Origin: a phage
Direction: 5' to 3' (one strand)
Sequence record: OR896157.1
Length of the DNA: 64,000 bases
Shown: one piece after another, positions 59,119-64,000 of the stretch
How the letters are laid out: each line of letters starts with the position of its first letter
Numbering within the stretch: position 1 is the first letter of the stretch
Translations under genes and position numbers: made by a program
Notes under the pieces: model-generated
Seen by the model: the letters and a program-made list of their open reading frames with translations, nothing else
Databases searched by the model: none
Told to the model about the DNA's origin: nothing

Positions 59119-59144
59119 AGCCCTTCGGGGCTTTTGTTGTTTCT
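59119..59144 (+). terminator. intrinsic terminator with C(UUCG)G loop after gene 35
   Basis: AGCCC-TTCG-GGGCT followed by TTTGTTGTTTCT. Confidence 0.65.
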
Positions 59145-59177
59145 GAATAAATACAACAAACACATAAGGGGAAGGCC

Positions 59178-59831
59178 ATGGCTGATTTAAAAGCTAACAG
59201 TACAATTGGCGGATTACCGATTTGGCACCAGGGGAATTTCCCTCTTTTTCCAATAAACGATACTCTGCTTTACAAGACTTATAAAGTCTATACCGAATAC
59301 GACAAGCCTCAAGCTGTAGATAACGACTTTGTTTCTAAAGCTAATGGCGGAACATATCTGCAGTCAGTTAACTTTAATCAAGGAATGACTTTCCTTGATA
59401 GCGCTGGTGGCGAAGTTACAATAGGAAAAGCAACTGGAACATTAGGAGCAACCTATACTGCTTCAATTAAAGTACCTGCTCAATTTGCGTTTGAAACTGG
59501 TGAAGGCAAGCCGTTTGTAATTTTTGACCCAGTTACTGATATGACTAAGCCTCGTCTTATTGTGATGGGAGATGTCTTAGGTAAGTTTTTATATGATGAA
59601 TCTGGACGAGTTTATTCACCTGGAAATAAACCTACAAATGCTGACGTTGGTTTAGGTAATGTTACCAATGACACTCAGGTGAAAATAAATACAACCGAAT
59701 TACAAACAATGACAGGTTCATTAGCTGCCCCGAACTTAAGTTCTTTGAATGCAGCTTCTGCGCCACAACACGTTCCTCGTTTTGATCAGATTGTCGTAAG
59801 AGATTCTATTCAAGATTTTGGAACTTATTGA
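59178..59831 (+). CDS. 36: long tail fibre distal connector gp36
   Basis: 217 aa (T4 gp36 221 aa). Confidence 0.88.
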   Translation: MADLKANSTIGGLPIWHQGNFPLFPINDTLLYKTYKVYTEYDKPQAVDNDFVSKANGGTYLQSVNFNQGMTFLDSAGGEVTIGKATGTLGATYTASIKVPAQFAFETGEGKPFVIFDPVTDMTKPRLIVMGDVLGKFLYDESGRVYSPGNKPTNADVGLGNVTNDTQVKINTTELQTMTGSLAAPNLSSLNAASAPQHVPRFDQIVVRDSIQDFGTY

Positions 59832-62379
59832 GGAATTTATGGCAACTATCAAACAAATTCAATTTAAGCGTTCTAATGTTGCTGGTAAAAGACCGCTTCC
59901 TGCTGATATCGCAGAAGGCGAATTAGCAATTAACATCAAAGATTCCACGTTATTTACAAAGAACGCTGATGGACAAATTATTGACCTCGGTTTTGCTAAA
60001 GGCGGTAAAATCGATGGTGACGTTACTCAAGTAGGTAATTACACTCAAACCGGTAATTTTAGTACTACTGGTGATGTCAGTGCTAAAACTATTTTAGCCT
60101 CAGCAGGTGTTTCAGCAAATGGTGATATTGTTGCTGAAAGAGGTGTAATTAAAACTCGTGCTGCCGCTTCAGGCAACGCTCATTTATGGTTTGAAGGCGA
60201 AGAAATAACTGGCGAAAACCGTAATAAAGAACGAGGTGTTTTATATGCTACCCAACAAACAGATACAGATGGGCGAGTAAACCTTCGAGTTTACAATGGT
60301 AAAGCCCACGCGGCTAATACAAACAACGCACTGTTTGTGTTTAACGGTGCCGGGGATTTCGCCGCTCCTAAAGATTTGTATGGTCAACGCTCTCGTCTGA
60401 GCATCGAATCCGTTGCTCCTACTATGAATACGAACCGTCTTTTTACGGCATATAAACCTTTTGGTGCACAGCAATATAGTTGGGACGACTCAGTAACTTA
60501 CACAAAGGCATCAGGTGCTTTAAACTACGTGTATAAAGGTCGTGCAAATATAGAAGGAACTATTTGGCATAACATTATTGATGAAAGAACTGGCGCTGAA
60601 AACGTTTGGTATACAGGTTCTGGTCCCGAAAATAAACTGTATTCTTTAGCAAGTCGTGGTGCCAAAGGACACGGTTTTTATACCGGTTCTTTAATGATCG
60701 GTGCTAATAATCTTGGAGAATACTCTGGAATGGGAGATTCTTCTATTGCCCTTGGTGATAACGATACTGGGTTTAAATGGACCGGTGATGGTGCTTTTAG
60801 TATTATGTCAAATGCCCAGAAAATAGTTGACATATATAACTCTGCCACAAAACCGTTTTATATTAAAAAATGTACTAAAATAGCACATAGTGATAATAAC
60901 TCAGATAATTTGTTCCCATCAAATAATAATGCTTTATTAGAAATTGACACTTCATTAGACGGAAATAATGCTGGTGGTAATGGCGTAACTCTTATTGGGT
61001 ACAACTCTGGAAGTAGGTATTATCATTATTTCCGAGGCCGTGGAAGTGCAAATTTTGACATGGATAGTGGTGTCTATATTAGTAAAGGTGGATTGTCAGT
61101 TGGTGGCAACATATCATCTACTGGTCAAGTTCAGCCTTCTAACTATAGTAACTTCGATTCACGTTATCAGAATTTGTTACAACTCGGCGCCAACGTGAAC
61201 TTAGATACTCTAATTAATGATAGCCACCTTGGTGAGTGGGCTCAACACTCTAATTCTAATACGTCTTTAGCTTTGAACTATCCTGAAGCACAAGCAGGTC
61301 ATTTAACAGTTACTTCTGGTGCGGGTGTTCAACAGCGATATCACGTTTATAACAGTACTCGTGTATACTTACGTGCGAAATATAGTTCTGAAGCATGGAA
61401 ACCGTGGGACCGGGTTGTAACAGAAGATTATTTGAAAACTGGAATTCCTTCTCAATTCGTATCTAAAAACTCTGATGGTTTCCGTATTGCATATGGTAGC
61501 TACGGGTTCTTTATCCGTAATGATGGTGGCAATACTTATTTCATGCTGACCAACTCTGGCGACCAAATGGGGACTTGGAACGGCCTTCGTCCGTTAACAA
61601 TAAGTAACACAACCGGCCAAGTTACTATAGGTACTCCATTAGTTGTGACTCATGCTTCAGGTCTTACAGTAAATAGTACAGCAGGTGATGCTATTTCTTG
61701 GGGTAGCTTAGGTGCATGTTTAGCAAACGATGGTAACTTAAAAGGTTCGCGTTGGAAATCCTTTGGCGGGTCAGAATGGGTTGGTGATGCTTTAAGCTGG
61801 GTTCACGGTCAAAACGTTTCTAAGTCTGGCGATACTATGACCGGCGCATTAAGAGTTACTAACTGGATTAGTGCCGATAACGTTAGGACTTATAATGATA
61901 TAGAATTAAGTAAAAACGCTCGTCGACATATAAGATTTCAGGATTCTAGGGGTGCAGATGCCTTTATTTACAAAGATGCTGGTGCTAATCCTTTAAGAAT
62001 CAACTTAGGTGTTGATGGTGGAGATTGGCAATTCCAAGTAGGCGGTACTTTTTATGCTAGCGGTAATGGTGATTTTAACGATGTTAGAATTCGTTCTGAT
62101 ATAAGATTGAAAACTAATTTAGTTAAAATAGAAAGTGCTACTGATAAAGTAGAAAAGCTAAATGGCTACGTCTATGATAAAAAACAATCTTTAAATGATT
62201 CAGAGTACAACTCTCATGAAGCTGGATTGATTGCGCAAGAATTAGAAAAAGTACTTCCTGAAGCAGTTTCAGAACTTTCTGATGGAACTAAAACTATCTC
62301 TAGTTCCGCAACCATAGCACTTTTAGTAGAAAGTATCAAAGAGCTTAATTCTAGAATTAAAGAACTTGAATCTAAATAA
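59818..62379 (+). CDS. 37: long tail fibre distal subunit gp37 with C-terminal intramolecular-chaperone-like domain
   Basis: 853 aa; C-terminal ...SDIRLKTNL...GLIAQELEKVLPEAV... resembles the autoproteolytic chaperone domain of fibre and endosialidase proteins. Confidence 0.88.
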   Translation: MELIEEFMATIKQIQFKRSNVAGKRPLPADIAEGELAINIKDSTLFTKNADGQIIDLGFAKGGKIDGDVTQVGNYTQTGNFSTTGDVSAKTILASAGVSANGDIVAERGVIKTRAAASGNAHLWFEGEEITGENRNKERGVLYATQQTDTDGRVNLRVYNGKAHAANTNNALFVFNGAGDFAAPKDLYGQRSRLSIESVAPTMNTNRLFTAYKPFGAQQYSWDDSVTYTKASGALNYVYKGRANIEGTIWHNIIDERTGAENVWYTGSGPENKLYSLASRGAKGHGFYTGSLMIGANNLGEYSGMGDSSIALGDNDTGFKWTGDGAFSIMSNAQKIVDIYNSATKPFYIKKCTKIAHSDNNSDNLFPSNNNALLEIDTSLDGNNAGGNGVTLIGYNSGSRYYHYFRGRGSANFDMDSGVYISKGGLSVGGNISSTGQVQPSNYSNFDSRYQNLLQLGANVNLDTLINDSHLGEWAQHSNSNTSLALNYPEAQAGHLTVTSGAGVQQRYHVYNSTRVYLRAKYSSEAWKPWDRVVTEDYLKTGIPSQFVSKNSDGFRIAYGSYGFFIRNDGGNTYFMLTNSGDQMGTWNGLRPLTISNTTGQVTIGTPLVVTHASGLTVNSTAGDAISWGSLGACLANDGNLKGSRWKSFGGSEWVGDALSWVHGQNVSKSGDTMTGALRVTNWISADNVRTYNDIELSKNARRHIRFQDSRGADAFIYKDAGANPLRINLGVDGGDWQFQVGGTFYASGNGDFNDVRIRSDIRLKTNLVKIESATDKVEKLNGYVYDKKQSLNDSEYNSHEAGLIAQELEKVLPEAVSELSDGTKTISSSATIALLVESIKELNSRIKELESK

Positions 62380-62385
62380 ATTAAG

Positions 62386-62403
62386 AGGGGCTTTACGCCC
62401 CTG
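62386..62403 (+). terminator. weak hairpin after gene 37
   Basis: AGGGGC-TTTAC-GCCCCT; no strong U-run. Confidence 0.3.
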
Positions 62404-62413
62404 AGGATTTAAT

Positions 62414-63190
62414 ATGGCAGTAACAGGCCCTATGGTTGGCAGTTCAGCTAAAAACGAGACAGGCAAAGAATGGATGTCCCAAGCAGGAACTGTCTTAAGA
62501 ATGAGTGTTCCATTTATGATGTCTTCTATGATTGGACGCTCTAAAGAAATAACTATAACTTTAGGCGCTAACCACAACTATGACCGAAACGACCTGATTA
62601 ATAAACTTCGTGCATTGGGTTCAACTCCTGCTGTAGTCGTTATTTCAGGTGATTTGGTTGCTCAAAATACTGGTGTTCCTTGTTTAGAATTTCCATCTAA
62701 CTTACCAAATGAATATGTTCATTTACGAGTTAATGCTAACGTATATGGTAGGGGTGGTGCAGGTTGTAGTAATGGGCAAACATCAGGTCAACCTGGTGGT
62801 CCCGCAATTTTAAACAGTTTCGGAACACGTCTTCGTATTGAAAATAACGCTGCTATTTGTGGTGGTGGCGGTGGCGGCGGCGGTGTAAAATTAACAAGTG
62901 TAGTTTCTGGTGGTTCAGGTGGTAGGCCATTCGGGGCTGCTGGTATAGCATCCGGTCGAGATTCACATGATGGTATAGCGGCAACCTTAACCGCACCGGG
63001 TCCAACTCCTCCGCAAACTCGTTATAAGACTACTGGTGGTGCTGGAGGTGATGTTGGACGTCCAGGTGCATCTGGTACTAATGGTGGTGGTAAGGTTACT
63101 AACCTTCCAGGTGGTGCAGCCGGAGCAGCAGTATATGGAAATGCTCCAACTTGGATTAAAGTTGGTAGCGTCTATGGCTCAAGAGTTTAA
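62414..63190 (+). CDS. 38: gp38 receptor-recognising adhesin (T2/T6 type, glycine-rich motifs)
   Basis: 258 aa; N-terminus MAV.G...GSSA.NETG..WMSQA and poly-Gly run GGGGGGGG match T2-type gp38 as recalled; unlike T4 gp38. Confidence 0.85.
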   Translation: MAVTGPMVGSSAKNETGKEWMSQAGTVLRMSVPFMMSSMIGRSKEITITLGANHNYDRNDLINKLRALGSTPAVVVISGDLVAQNTGVPCLEFPSNLPNEYVHLRVNANVYGRGGAGCSNGQTSGQPGGPAILNSFGTRLRIENNAAICGGGGGGGGVKLTSVVSGGSGGRPFGAAGIASGRDSHDGIAATLTAPGPTPPQTRYKTTGGAGGDVGRPGASGTNGGGKVTNLPGGAAGAAVYGNAPTWIKVGSVYGSRV

Positions 63191-63219
63191 AGCATAAATA
63201 CCCTTGAAAAGGAGGGTAT

Positions 63220-63876
63220 ATGACCCAGAGAACACCACTACCAGGAATATCTGACATTTTATTTGGTGTTCTAGACAGACTCTTCAAAGATAACGCAACC
63301 GGGAGGGTACTTGCTTCCCGGGTTGTTGCGCTTGTAGTTGTTTTCATTCTTTCACTTACATGGTATCGTTTAGATTCTATTATGCAAGTGTGGAAAGAGT
63401 CTCGTTACGAGACGTACACTAAAGTCCTGCAACAAGATAAAGAGGCTAAATTTGAAGCATCAGCTCTAGAACAACTACAGATAGCTCACGTTTCGAGCAA
63501 TGCAGATTTTTCCGCAATTTACTCATTTAGACCACGCAACTTAAATTACTTTGTGGATTTAATTGCATATGAAGGGCGCCTGCCTAGCGCAGTCAATGAA
63601 AAAAATTTGGGAGGATTTCCAGTTGATAAGACTTCAAACGAATATTCTGCTCATTTGAGAGGTGCATATTTCTCTTCTGAGAATGAATTTGTTTTCTTGC
63701 CAACTAAGAAAAAGGATGGGGAGTTGAAGTACATGTACTCGTGCCCGTATTTCAACCTGGACAACGTTTATGCCGGAACAGTTTCCATGTACTGGTATAG
63801 CAAACCACTCTTAAATGAAAATAGATTGGCTGCAATTTGTAGTCAAGCTGCTAGAACTTTAGGAAGAGCCAAGTAA
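63220..63876 (+). CDS. t: holin T
   Basis: 218 aa, same length as T4 holin; ...SDILFGVLDRLFKDNATG.VLASRV... and C-terminus ...AARTLGRAK match T4 as recalled. Confidence 0.95.
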   Translation: MTQRTPLPGISDILFGVLDRLFKDNATGRVLASRVVALVVVFILSLTWYRLDSIMQVWKESRYETYTKVLQQDKEAKFEASALEQLQIAHVSSNADFSAIYSFRPRNLNYFVDLIAYEGRLPSAVNEKNLGGFPVDKTSNEYSAHLRGAYFSSENEFVFLPTKKKDGELKYMYSCPYFNLDNVYAGTVSMYWYSKPLLNENRLAAICSQAARTLGRAK

Positions 63877-63884
63877 CAAGGATG

Positions 63885-64000
63885 TTACGGCTTGCTGTAC
63901 ATCATCATATAACGATATACCGATTCAAAACCTTCATTAAACTCTTCAACTAGCTGTTGTTTTTCTTCAGCTGTCATTTCTTCAATCATTTTACGGAAGT
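63885..64000 (-). CDS. asiA: AsiA anti-sigma-70 factor, C-terminal fragment (5' end outside window)
   Basis: Minus-strand frame ...EEKQQLVEEFNEGFESVYRYMMMYSKP* resembles T4 AsiA C-terminus as recalled; convergent with t. Confidence 0.7.
   Translation of the reverse strand, partial: FRKMIEEMTAEEKQQLVEEFNEGFESVYRYMMMYSKP

Noticed and set aside
4555-59132. Repeated hairpins as a possible CRISPR array
   Set aside because: Copies are irregularly spaced across about 50 kb at gene boundaries with no repeat-spacer periodicity; they are UUCG-loop intercistronic hairpins
62868-62890. GGT/GGC homopolymer-like tract
   Set aside because: Not a non-coding simple repeat or CRISPR-like element; it encodes the poly-Gly motif of gp38

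Overview
This window is a contiguous segment of a T4-like (T-even) myovirus genome, read almost entirely from gene order and protein similarity recalled from T4; no database search was run. The plus strand carries late morphogenesis genes: terminase (16 partial, 17), tail sheath and tube (18, 19), portal (20), prohead core and protease (67, 68, 21, 22), major capsid and vertex (23, 24), baseplate hub (51, 27, 28, 29, 48, 54), long tail fibres (34, 35, 36, 37), a T2-type gp38 adhesin and holin t. The minus strand carries hoc, inh, uvsY, 25, 26 and a long early region in T4 order: alt, DNA ligase 30, an island of small ORFs, rIII, 31, cd, pseT, spanins, alc, rnlA, denA, nrdB, nrdA, td, frd, 32, 59, 33, dsbA, rnh, and the 3' end of asiA. 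td and nrdB are uninterrupted. Regulatory signals recognisable by eye are T4 late promoters (TATAAATA), a 7-copy early-promoter-like motif (TTTACA-N17-TAnnAT) and a family of C(UUCG)G hairpins. No single clearly novel system was identified. The best candidates for undescribed biology are the 4.4 kb small-ORF island between ligase and rIII (with a 317-nt ORF-free G+C-elevated segment), a DprA/SLOG-like protein coupled to RNA ligase 2, a tandem paralog pair between td and frd, and an expanded Hoc. CDS coordinates follow the supplied ORF track, with starts trimmed to the first ATG with a Shine-Dalgarno where the track began at TTG/GTG; motif coordinates read by eye are +/-2 nt.
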